This document shows positions 33,573 through 42,500 of a stretch of 48,628 bases of DNA, piece by piece. The translations under genes and the position numbers were made by a program. The notes under the pieces were generated by a model, which ran no database searches, was not told where the DNA came from, and saw nothing but the letters and a program-made list of their open reading frames with translations. Source of the DNA: Acholeplasmataceae bacterium (lineage in GTDB: Bacteria > Bacillota_I > Bacilli_A > Acholeplasmatales > Acholeplasmataceae); contig JAYOFY010000001.1 in assembly GCA_038117465.1 (NCBI GenBank), forward strand, positions 9,384-58,011, in the 5' to 3' direction. The stretch's first letter is position 1. Each line of letters starts with the position of its first letter.

Positions 33573-34916
33573 TTATTTACCTAAACAAAAGCGTCTAAAC
33601 ATATCATCTACAAGTGATTCATGATATGTATCCCCCGTGATTTCTGAGAGTGCTTCCCAAGCATCTCTTAAATCTAGTTGAATCATATCAATGGGTGTTT
33701 CCGTTAATGTTGATTGTAATGCTTTTTCTAGATGTTCATAACTTTTTTCTAATAATGAAATTTGTCTTTCATTCGATAAATACTTTAAGTCAGTTGTTTG
33801 TATGTGTGCGATATCAAACAATTCATTTATTTTAGATTCTAATTGATCTAGATGTGTACTATTTTTTGCAGAAATAGAGATGACATCTAATCCTGTTTGA
33901 TTTTCACCTAAATCTTCTTTATTTCCTACAAGAATATACGGTTTATTTTTTAATGATTTTAATAATGTTGTTTCTTCTTGATCTAAAGGCTTTGTTTGAT
34001 CAATAACAAATATCACAAGTTCTGCTTGATCCATCATCTTTTTCGATTTATCGATACCGATACGCTCAATCGTATCTTCACTATGTCTTATACCTGCGGT
34101 ATCTATTAAGTGAAGTTTGATCCCACCTATATATAAAGATCCTTCAACGATATCTCGTGTTGTCCCTGGAATATCAGTTACGATTGCTTTATCTTCTTTA
34201 ATGAGTGCATTTAATAAGCTACTTTTCCCAACATTAGGTTTTCCAATGATTGCAGTTTTGATTCCGTGACTAATGATGTTGTTTCTTTTCGAAGCAATAA
34301 TTGCTTTTTTCACTTCTTCTAAAAATGCTTGTATTTTAGGTTTTAAAAAAGATTGCGTTACTTGATTTTCTGATTCATATTCAGGATAGTCGATATTCAC
34401 TTCAATATGAGTAATCCAACCCATAATGGTTTTTTTATATTCACTGATTGTTTTTGAGATTTGAGATTGAAGACCGGCTTGTGCAATTTGAATTTGAAGA
34501 TCATTTTCGGCTTCAATAATGTCCATGACAGACTCAGCTTGTATCAAGTCTATTTTTTTATTTAAATACGCGCGTTCGGTAAATTCTCCCGGTTTGGCGA
34601 GATCAATACCACACCTTAGAACTACTTGTAGAACATTTTGGGTGACACGTATACCACCATGCGTAAATATTTCAATCATATCTTCACCGGTGTACGATTT
34701 AGGTGCAAGATATTTAACTACCATGACATCGTCAATAAGTTGATCATGCTCTATAACTTGTGCACGCTTCATTGCATTTGGTGGCATGTTATTTAATGTA
34801 ACATTAGGAAAAATCCCTTCAATAAGGGAAATGGCATTTTCACCACTTATTCTAATGATTGATATTGCACCTTTTCCATAAGGTGTGGCAATCGCTGCAA
34901 TGGGTTTTTGCATCAT
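33573..34916 (-). CDS. mnmE: tRNA modification GTPase MnmE
   Basis: 447 aa with GKPNVGKSSLLNAL, DTAGIR and C-terminal FCLGK. Confidence 0.95.
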   Translation of the reverse strand: MMQKPIAAIATPYGKGAISIIRISGENAISLIEGIFPNVTLNNMPPNAMKRAQVIEHDQLIDDVMVVKYLAPKSYTGEDMIEIFTHGGIRVTQNVLQVVLRCGIDLAKPGEFTERAYLNKKIDLIQAESVMDIIEAENDLQIQIAQAGLQSQISKTISEYKKTIMGWITHIEVNIDYPEYESENQVTQSFLKPKIQAFLEEVKKAIIASKRNNIISHGIKTAIIGKPNVGKSSLLNALIKEDKAIVTDIPGTTRDIVEGSLYIGGIKLHLIDTAGIRHSEDTIERIGIDKSKKMMDQAELVIFVIDQTKPLDQEETTLLKSLKNKPYILVGNKEDLGENQTGLDVISISAKNSTHLDQLESKINELFDIAHIQTTDLKYLSNERQISLLEKSYEHLEKALQSTLTETPIDMIQLDLRDAWEALSEITGDTYHESLVDDMFRRFCLGK

Positions 34917-35422
34917 AAATGATCTTCTAAATCCTTATCAACATGTTCTTTTTTAAACGGATTAAAGCCTCTTACTAAATCTCTAGAAAAAATAAAAACA
35001 ACAATAAATAGTCCAACAACAGAACCAAGTACTAAAAAGCCACTACCAAATATTAATCCAATAATTGCTGATGACCATATTGTTGTTGCGGTGGTAATTC
35101 CTTTAATAGAACCTTTTTCTTTTAAAATTACACCTGCACCAATAAACCCAATTCCTGTCAGTACTTGTGCAATGATACGCTGTGTTTGAACTTCTTGCAT
35201 ACCTAATGTATGTATTTCATACTCATAAAGTAATCGTTGCATAATTGCAATCGCTGCACTTGCAAAAGCAACAAGCATGTGAGATGAGATTCCGGCTGCT
35301 TTCCCAATTTTTTGTCTCTCATATCCAATAAAGTACGCGACCAAAGATGTTAATATAAGTGGTAAAAGTACCACGTAAAACAACTGATCTAAATTTATAT
35401 TTGAATCTAAAATATAACGCAT
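34913..35422 (-). CDS. MgtC/SapB family membrane protein
   Basis: 169 aa, multi-TM, MgtC-like core (GYERQ...GISSHMLV...GIGFIGAGVIL). Confidence 0.82.
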   Translation of the reverse strand: MRYILDSNINLDQLFYVVLLPLILTSLVAYFIGYERQKIGKAAGISSHMLVAFASAAIAIMQRLLYEYEIHTLGMQEVQTQRIIAQVLTGIGFIGAGVILKEKGSIKGITTATTIWSSAIIGLIFGSGFLVLGSVVGLFIVVFIFSRDLVRGFNPFKKEHVDKDLEDHL

Positions 35423-35429
35423 ATGTTTC

Positions 35430-36362
35430 TTACTCCTTTAACGCTTTTATGTGTTGAATAACATCGCCAACGAATTGATCTAAGTGATCCCAGGAAGGAA
35501 GTCTTGCACCGGATGCTTTCGCATGGCCACCACCTTCGTATTTCTCAGCAAGTGTATTAATAACAGGGCCCGATGACCTTAGTCTAATTCTAATTTCATT
35601 TTCATATTCAATCATAAGTGCCCAAACTGGGTATCCTTCTAATCCCCCAATCAAATTCACAACAGACGCTGCTTCTTCATCTGTCACACCATATTGATTG
35701 ATAATGTCTCTAGGCATTTTTAAATAAATAAATCCACCTTCAACTGTAACAAAATTAGAATAAACATATCCTTTTAGTGCAAATGTTTTGAGTGATTCTT
35801 GTGTAAGTTTTGAATCAATAAACTCAACATCTACACCTGCATTAATAAGTGCGCCAGCCATACAATGTGTTCTATCGGAAACCCCTCTATAACGGAATCT
35901 TCCGGTATCTGTTATAAGTCCTGTATATAATGCAATTGCAGATGATAAAGGAATTTTTAAATCGTGTTGTATTGCAAAATCTGTGATCATTTCAGATACT
36001 GCAGGATAACTCGTATCCACCCAGTTCATATCACCGTATGCGTCCACATCAATATGATGATCAATTTTTATGACTTTTTTACCCTTGATATATCTTGGAT
36101 CACTAATACGCTCTTTTGTTGCGGTATCTACAACAATTGATAACGCATCTTGATAAGCATCGTCGTTGATAACATCAGGTGATCCTACATATTTAACATA
36201 GTCACTTTCTTCACCGACAACATAAATGTTTTTGTTAGGAAAAGCTTCTTTAAGTATTCCTTTTAAACCGTATTGTCCTCCATAGCAATCTCCATCAGGT
36301 CTTTTATGTCCGTGAATAATAATGGTGTCGTAAGTTTTAATTTCATTTAATATGTTTTTCAT
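35430..36362 (-). CDS. DHH/DHHA1 phosphoesterase (NrnA-like), copy 2
   Basis: 310 aa with HKRPDGDCYGG, VVDTA, KIDHHID and GGGHAKASGA. Confidence 0.85.
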   Translation of the reverse strand: MKNILNEIKTYDTIIIHGHKRPDGDCYGGQYGLKGILKEAFPNKNIYVVGEESDYVKYVGSPDVINDDAYQDALSIVVDTATKERISDPRYIKGKKVIKIDHHIDVDAYGDMNWVDTSYPAVSEMITDFAIQHDLKIPLSSAIALYTGLITDTGRFRYRGVSDRTHCMAGALINAGVDVEFIDSKLTQESLKTFALKGYVYSNFVTVEGGFIYLKMPRDIINQYGVTDEEAASVVNLIGGLEGYPVWALMIEYENEIRIRLRSSGPVINTLAEKYEGGGHAKASGARLPSWDHLDQFVGDVIQHIKALKE

Positions 36363-37293
36363 TGTTTCTCACCTTTTCATTTAAATCATCTAGTAGTTTG
36401 TGTACATCTTCTAAGGTTTCAAGTGTTGCACCACATGCATGAAGATGTCCTCCACCACAGTATTTTTTCGCAACATCCACAATCGGAATATCTCGAGACC
36501 TTAATTCTGCAATATATTTGCCATTAGCATCTTCAGAAAAGCTACCCCATATCAACACTTCTTGAATACCCGCCATTAAATTGACCATCCCTCTACTAAT
36601 GGATTGAAAATCTTCTCCTGTTGATTGTATGAGTGCTTGAGAATTAATGCGATAGGCAACATTTTCTTTTGTTAGTTCAAATGATGAAAATTGATTTCTA
36701 ATTTGTTTTCTTCTAAGAGGTTCCGTATATAAATAGTCATATAAAGCTTTTATATCAGGTTCAAACTTAGAAACGTAACTTGCAAGCAAAAATGTTCTTT
36801 CAGGTTCCTTTAAATATAAAAACCTTCCTGAATCTGTCACCATACCTCCGTATAAATACGTTGCTGCCTCATTGGGTATATCAAGATTAAAACGCATTGC
36901 TATATCTATGATCATTTCACATGCTGAATTAAAACTTGTGTCTTTATAATAATGCGTCACATTTTCTATTGTTGTATTATTATCATGATGATCAATAATG
37001 ATTCTTTCTTTTGCTAATGTGTATCTGTCATCACTTACCATATGTGCAACAGCAACGTCTGTAATGATCACAAGTGCGTCTTGATAACAGGCATCATCAA
37101 TATCATCCATTTTTGCATGAAAACTCATGGTATTTAAATCACCAACTGCATAAATTGTTTTATCTGGATAAAGATGTTCTAATAATTTTTTCAACCCTAC
37201 TTGACTTCCGATTGCATCAAGATCGGGTCTTGCATGTCTATGGATAATTATGGTTTGAAAAGACGCGATGCGTTCAATGATTTCTTTAAACAT
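36343..37293 (-). CDS. DHH/DHHA1 phosphoesterase (NrnA-like), copy 1
   Basis: HARPDLDAIGS, ITDVA, IIDHHDN and GGGHLHACGA. Start placed at ATG 37293 (MFKEII), 5 nt after AGAGG. The track start 37299 is a GTG inside the RBS. Overlaps copy 2 by 20 nt. Confidence 0.85.
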   Translation of the reverse strand: MFKEIIERIASFQTIIIHRHARPDLDAIGSQVGLKKLLEHLYPDKTIYAVGDLNTMSFHAKMDDIDDACYQDALVIITDVAVAHMVSDDRYTLAKERIIIDHHDNNTTIENVTHYYKDTSFNSACEMIIDIAMRFNLDIPNEAATYLYGGMVTDSGRFLYLKEPERTFLLASYVSKFEPDIKALYDYLYTEPLRRKQIRNQFSSFELTKENVAYRINSQALIQSTGEDFQSISRGMVNLMAGIQEVLIWGSFSEDANGKYIAELRSRDIPIVDVAKKYCGGGHLHACGATLETLEDVHKLLDDLNEKVRNNEKHIK

Positions 37294-37340
37294 ATACACC
37301 TCTTGTAAAAAGATTATAATAGAATAACATATTTGATAAT

Positions 37341-37364
37341 AAAAAGCGAGTCGCCTCGCTTTTT
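37341..37364 (-). terminator. Rho-independent terminator ending the nuclease/ABC cluster
   Basis: The minus strand reads AAAAAGCGAG-GCGA-CTCGCTTTTT: 10-bp stem, 4-nt loop. It overlaps the stop codon of the 402-aa gene. Confidence 0.8.
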
Positions 37365-38571
37365 ATATCCAAGGTAATGGAAGATGTGGTGTCCATACTG
37401 GATTTTGCGTTGTATTTCTTCTTGTATCATAATTCCAATCAGGAGATTTTTCTCCATCTGGGTTATTTGGAAATCCTTTTGTTCCCCATCCGTTAACTTC
37501 AGCTCGATGCTGAGCAAATCTTAAAAATGTTAAATAGGGAACATTTTTATATGTAAGCAAATAATCATAGCTTTGATATTGAGATCCTACATCTTCAGAT
37601 AGACCTTCTGCAACAATCCAAAATTGTGACAGTGCGCCATTCACCCAAACAAGTCCTAAGTTTCTGCCATATCCTTCCTGAAGACTATTCCCTGGAATCG
37701 ATTGAACGCGAATGGTTTTGGTTGTTGGATCATTGAGTAAATATTCTTTATTATATTTACTTGCAACATATCCCCAAGGCTCTGCTGAAACATTCGCACC
37801 ATCAACTTCTGGTGTGTTAAGATAAAAATATCTCATCGAGCCACCTGGATACCCGTTCATTGCTTGAAAATATGCCGTATCCCCGTCTGCAACCCCCGTA
37901 TTATTCACAATGACTGCACCACCGAATCCTAATTCATCATTATTGGGGTCAACATATGGCATGTCTAAATATCTTTGTTCTAACTGTGGTCCTTGATATA
38001 GCTGTTCTAATGTTTTGATGTCATGATCATCGTTTTTAAGATAGTTAAACATATCTGGCAAATAGGCAATGAAATTATATTGATCATATTCTAATGATGC
38101 AACATAGTCTTCCTTGTAGCCTAGACGTATCATTGTCAGATCTACAGAGAAATTTATATCATACCCTAATAATCCAAATTGATCTATTTTTTGATTGTTA
38201 TAAAATAGTTCAATGACATCATTCCCATTAAACGGTAGGTTGCTATCAAATGAGAAATCAGTGTTTTCTAATAACAACGATTCTGTTGCATTGTTTCCAG
38301 AAATAACATAATAATTCGCTGGTTCTATTATGCCATTAAGTGTCATCGCGTGATCGCCACCCTCTGTTGTTGATCCATTATTATAAATTCTTATTTCGAC
38401 ATCATCAAGAGAAATTGCTTCATTAGTTGGATTATATAGTTCTATGGCATTATTAGACATAGATGTTGCATCAAATACTTTAGAAATAACCAAATTAGGG
38501 GTTTCTGTTTGACAGGCTTGAATCGTGATAAGACTCACGAATATGATAAACATTGTAATGACTTTTTTCAT
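37363..38571 (-). CDS. Surface lipoprotein: LTD-like domain + staphylococcal (thermo)nuclease domain
   Basis: 402 aa. Signal peptide with lipobox ITIQAC. LTD-like string NNAIELYNPTNEAISLDDVEIRIYNNGS. SNase strings VADGDTAYF, MRYFYLNTPE, EPWGYVASKY and YGRNLGLVWVNG. ATGA overlap with the upstream gene. Confidence 0.85.
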   Translation of the reverse strand: MKKVITMFIIFVSLITIQACQTETPNLVISKVFDATSMSNNAIELYNPTNEAISLDDVEIRIYNNGSTTEGGDHAMTLNGIIEPANYYVISGNNATESLLLENTDFSFDSNLPFNGNDVIELFYNNQKIDQFGLLGYDINFSVDLTMIRLGYKEDYVASLEYDQYNFIAYLPDMFNYLKNDDHDIKTLEQLYQGPQLEQRYLDMPYVDPNNDELGFGGAVIVNNTGVADGDTAYFQAMNGYPGGSMRYFYLNTPEVDGANVSAEPWGYVASKYNKEYLLNDPTTKTIRVQSIPGNSLQEGYGRNLGLVWVNGALSQFWIVAEGLSEDVGSQYQSYDYLLTYKNVPYLTFLRFAQHRAEVNGWGTKGFPNNPDGEKSPDWNYDTRRNTTQNPVWTPHLPLPWI

Positions 38572-39419
38572 GATTGCTCCTTTTTTACTTTGCGTATACG
38601 TTGCATGTTTTTGTGAAAAAATATGAAGTATGTGATGGGTATAACAATGATTATTTCAATCCCGATATATAGATATGTCATATAGGTATAGTCTGAAAAT
38701 GCCTCTATAATGAAATCATTGCTATATAAAGACGCCCTATCTGATACATTAGGTAATTGAAGTCTTTCTATGTTGACTATAGATAAATCCGCAACATTAT
38801 TTGGAGGAATCTCTAGATTTTTATCTACAAAAACATCTTCATGTATCATGGTCGTTGTTACCACATCATCGATGGTTGTTGGATAAGAAATAGCGATACG
38901 TTGAACCCTTGCTTTATTATCTACAACGTATCGTTGATCAAGTGCATACATGTGCATACTATCATCATATAGTTGAATTAATGATTCATTGAACACACTT
39001 TGAGTAAATCCTTCTGGCGTGGTTTCAAATGTAATCTCAATGTTTAAAGAAAGTGCGTCTTCATCAACGAATGCAGTCTCATCTGTGTTTTCATATTGTG
39101 TGACAATAAAAACAAGTTCATATTTATAATCAGAACTATTTTTGTATAATAAAACAGAATATATTTCTAAATCATAGCTCACATTTGAATGATTGACTGA
39201 ATGCGTGATTAATGGTGATTCTTGAATATAAATGTGGTATTCTCCTTGTGTATTAGCAATAAGTGTTGCAGATACCAAGTCTTTTGAATCATCATAAATG
39301 TTTTCTTTTAAATCATCTAAATACGTCACGGTTTGGTTCGCTCTTGCATACCCCGAAACAATAAACGTAACAAGACCAATAAATAATATATATGATGTAA
39401 TTCCAAAGATTTTACCCAT
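38568..39419 (-). CDS. Hypothetical bitopic membrane protein (283 aa), translationally coupled to the nuclease gene
   Basis: N-terminal TM (ITSYILFIGLVTFIVSGYA) and C-terminal TM (YLYIGIEIIIVIPITYFIFF), followed by a basic tail. No motif recognised. Confidence 0.65.
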   Translation of the reverse strand: MGKIFGITSYILFIGLVTFIVSGYARANQTVTYLDDLKENIYDDSKDLVSATLIANTQGEYHIYIQESPLITHSVNHSNVSYDLEIYSVLLYKNSSDYKYELVFIVTQYENTDETAFVDEDALSLNIEITFETTPEGFTQSVFNESLIQLYDDSMHMYALDQRYVVDNKARVQRIAISYPTTIDDVVTTTMIHEDVFVDKNLEIPPNNVADLSIVNIERLQLPNVSDRASLYSNDFIIEAFSDYTYMTYLYIGIEIIIVIPITYFIFFHKNMQRIRKVKKEQS

Positions 39420-39446
39420 CTTTATTCCTCGTTTTTGTGTATGTTT

Positions 39447-39476
39447 ATTATACGTTTTTTTAGCCTATATTACAAA
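39447..39476 (-). promoter_or_regulatory. Candidate internal promoter TTTGTA-18 nt-TATAAT for the 283-aa and nuclease genes
   Basis: Minus strand: TTTGTA (39471-39476), an 18-nt spacer containing an A7 run, TATAAT (39447-39452). GAGGAA RBS before ATG 39419. Confidence 0.4.
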
Positions 39477-39477
39477 T

Positions 39478-39510
39478 AAAAAAAGGATAGAGTTGTTCTA
39501 TACTTTTTTT
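39478..39510 (-). terminator. Weak AT-rich hairpin after the 1207-aa gene (possible partial terminator)
   Basis: An A7 / T7 run flanks a 5-bp core ataga-gttgt-tctat with one mismatch. Low predicted stability. Confidence 0.35.
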
Positions 39511-39525
39511 TACTAATTTATATTC

Positions 39526-42500
39526 TTATACAGTATGTGAACCTAGGTTGTCAAAAGTATTTTGTGGATATACAATCCATTCTGTTGGATCCCAAACTGT
39601 TGAACCGGATGTAACTCCTGGTTTTCTAACAAGTGTATATTCATTTGTAAAACCATCTCCGACTGACCAGTTAGAACCTGGATCTTCTCCAATTATACCA
39701 AATACATCAATGATTTCACCATTTTTGGTTATTGCCAATGCATCGTCGCCATTAAAGAATACAACAGCGTCTCCATCTGCATAAGCTTGTACTTCATCAT
39801 ATGTTCCGGTACCTTCAAACGTATCAGTAACAATGACAAAAGTTTCTCCGGCACCTAAAGTTATACCTGTTAAATCAAAAGATTTTGAGGCCGTTGGAGA
39901 ACCGTTTGAATATATGTGGACCATATATCCAGTGAGATCTAAAGCAGCATCTGTTGGATTGTATAATTCAATGGCTTTATTGTTTGAGGAACCCTCAACA
40001 TATTCAGAAATGAAAAGGTCTGGTGTTGAATTAGATATGACAACTTTTTCAATCGCATCTGCACTTGCAATACGTAATCTTAAAGAGTTAGACCAGTATG
40101 CACCTGCAACAACATTAATAATGTCTCCAGCTTCAAGTTCAGTTGGTAATCCTACCGGATCCCCTGTTCTTGAATCCCAACGAATAAAGAATGTTGCGGT
40201 TCCGTTTGTTACTTCAATATCTAGGTTACCGTAGTTGTCATATGCAATGCTTACGACTTCTAATTCTTTAAACTCGACTAATTGTGCTGTATATGCACTT
40301 AAATCTGTCACATCCATAGCTGTTACATCTACCGGTGTTGGGAAGTCAAATCCTGGTACTGATATGATGTTAACAAACGCGACGTTTGAAACTTGTTCTA
40401 ATCCGTTATACGCACCACGTTTTGCTTGAATTTCAATCGCATATCCACCTAAATATGCAGCTAAAATTGCATCTTTTTCTGCACTTGCCCCGCTACCTAA
40501 GTAAATGTCTACAGCACCTGTATCATCTTGTAGCAAGAAATTGTTGCCATCAATATTCATTGTGACAAAACCTCTTACTGTAACAATTGTATCTGCAGCC
40601 TCAGAAAGTGCTGCAGAAATAGTCATTAGAGGAACCGTGAAATCTCCTTCTGCATCCACTCTTAATCTTGCACCATTTGACCAATATACACCTACAACAG
40701 CATCAACCACATCGCCAACTTCTAGTGTTAGTGGGAATCCTACAGGGTCTCCAGTTCTTGAGTCCCAACGAATGTCAACGGTTTCGCTACCTAAAGTAAA
40801 TTCAAAATCAACATTTCCATAACTATCTGTTGCTTGGCTTACATAAACAAGTCCTTCTAAGCGAATTTGTTGTGCTATGTAATCAGATAAATCAGCAACA
40901 CTTGTGACAACGGTAGGCATAGGGAATGGAGTTCCAATGCTATCTAACAATTCAATTGCTGAAATACTAGATAATTGTTCTAATCCGTTGTAAGCACCGC
41001 GTTCTGCAGTAATTTGAACAGCATAACGTCCATGGTATGCACGTAATAATGCATCTTTTGTTGGACTTGCGCCACCACCTGCATAAATATCAATTGCACC
41101 AGTACCATCTTGAATGAAGAAGTTATTACCATCAACATTCATTGTGATGTACCCTTCAACAGTAACCACAGTGTCTGCTGCTTCAAGTAATGCGTTTGCA
41201 ATCGTCATTGGAGGTACTGAAACATCATCTGCTGAATCAATTCTTAATCTTGGTGAATTACTATAGTAAACACCTGCAACAACATTAATGATATCACCGG
41301 CTTCTAGTTCTGTAGGGAATCCAGCTGGATCTCCTGTTCTTGAATCCCAACGAATTTCAACGGTTTCGCTACCCATCGTAGCAGTAATGTCTAAGTTTCC
41401 ATATGAATCATATGCTATACTTACGACTTCTAAGTTTCTAAATCTTACAAGTTGTGCAACTAAACCTTCAAGTTCAGAAAGTTCAGTAACATCAACAATA
41501 ACAGGGAATTCAATTTCTGGTTCTGGAACAACTGAAACACTTGTAATGTTAGATAATTGTTCTAATCCCCTAAATGCCCCTCTTTCACCAACAACTTCAA
41601 CAAGTTCACCGCTTGCTAATGCTGCTAAAATTGCTGTTTTTTCATCACTATCACCAGGCATATATAAATCTAATGCGCCAGTTTCATCTTGTAATAAGAA
41701 GTTGCTTCCATCAACATTCATTGTGACATATCCTTGAACTACAGCAAGTTCACCATCAGCAATTAATAATGCTTCAGAAATTGAAACCACTGGTGAAACA
41801 CCAACTTTGACAGTAAATGTTTTCACAACTGCAGTTGCGGATCCTAACGAAACAGTTGCAGTAAGTTCTACGGTGACTTGTCCATCTGTTGGTACTGTAA
41901 CAGCACCTGTTGTAGGATTAATCACAGCTTCATTGTCAGATGTCCATGCAATCGTTGTGCCGTTCGTACCAGTTGTTGGTAATGTGAGTGTTGTATCTTC
42001 TAAAATATTGAAAGGAACTGATAATGCATTACTGTCTACTTCAATCGCTTCTTCATCAGAAAGGCTCGCAACGATACCATCTGCACCACCTACATAATAG
42101 AAAGCGAATGCTTTATTATTTGATCTAAATGTATAAATTAAAATATCAATAGTAATAACTTTTCCATCATATGCTTTAATTTCAGCCATATTAAACGTAT
42201 TGTAATACAACATTAAACCAACTGTTGGGTCATCGGTAGTGCCTGGGACCCATGTTTGTGTTGTATCATAATTCGTTGGCATTAAATACGTATTATAGTT
42301 AGATGTATCGCCAGGAATGACATAAACACGACCAGTCACTGTTGCGTATACTGTTTCAAACGCACCACTAGATGCGTCACCATAAGCATATTGATCTTCT
42401 TCTGCATCTAATAATCCATTAACATATGCTGCAATGTCAGTAATTGTTTCTTTTGTTGGCATTTCTGGTGTTGCAGTTGTATCTTCTTCAGCTGTCCAAG

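Noticed and set aside
37314-37517. 67-aa minus-strand ORF
   Set aside because: It overlaps the 3' end of the nuclease gene in another frame and runs through its terminator, so it has no independent support.
40039-41787. Tandem repeats as a CRISPR array, satellite or mobile element
   Set aside because: The units are ~585 bp, diverged, in frame, and part of one continuous ORF. There are no short direct repeats/spacers, terminal inverted repeats or transposase.
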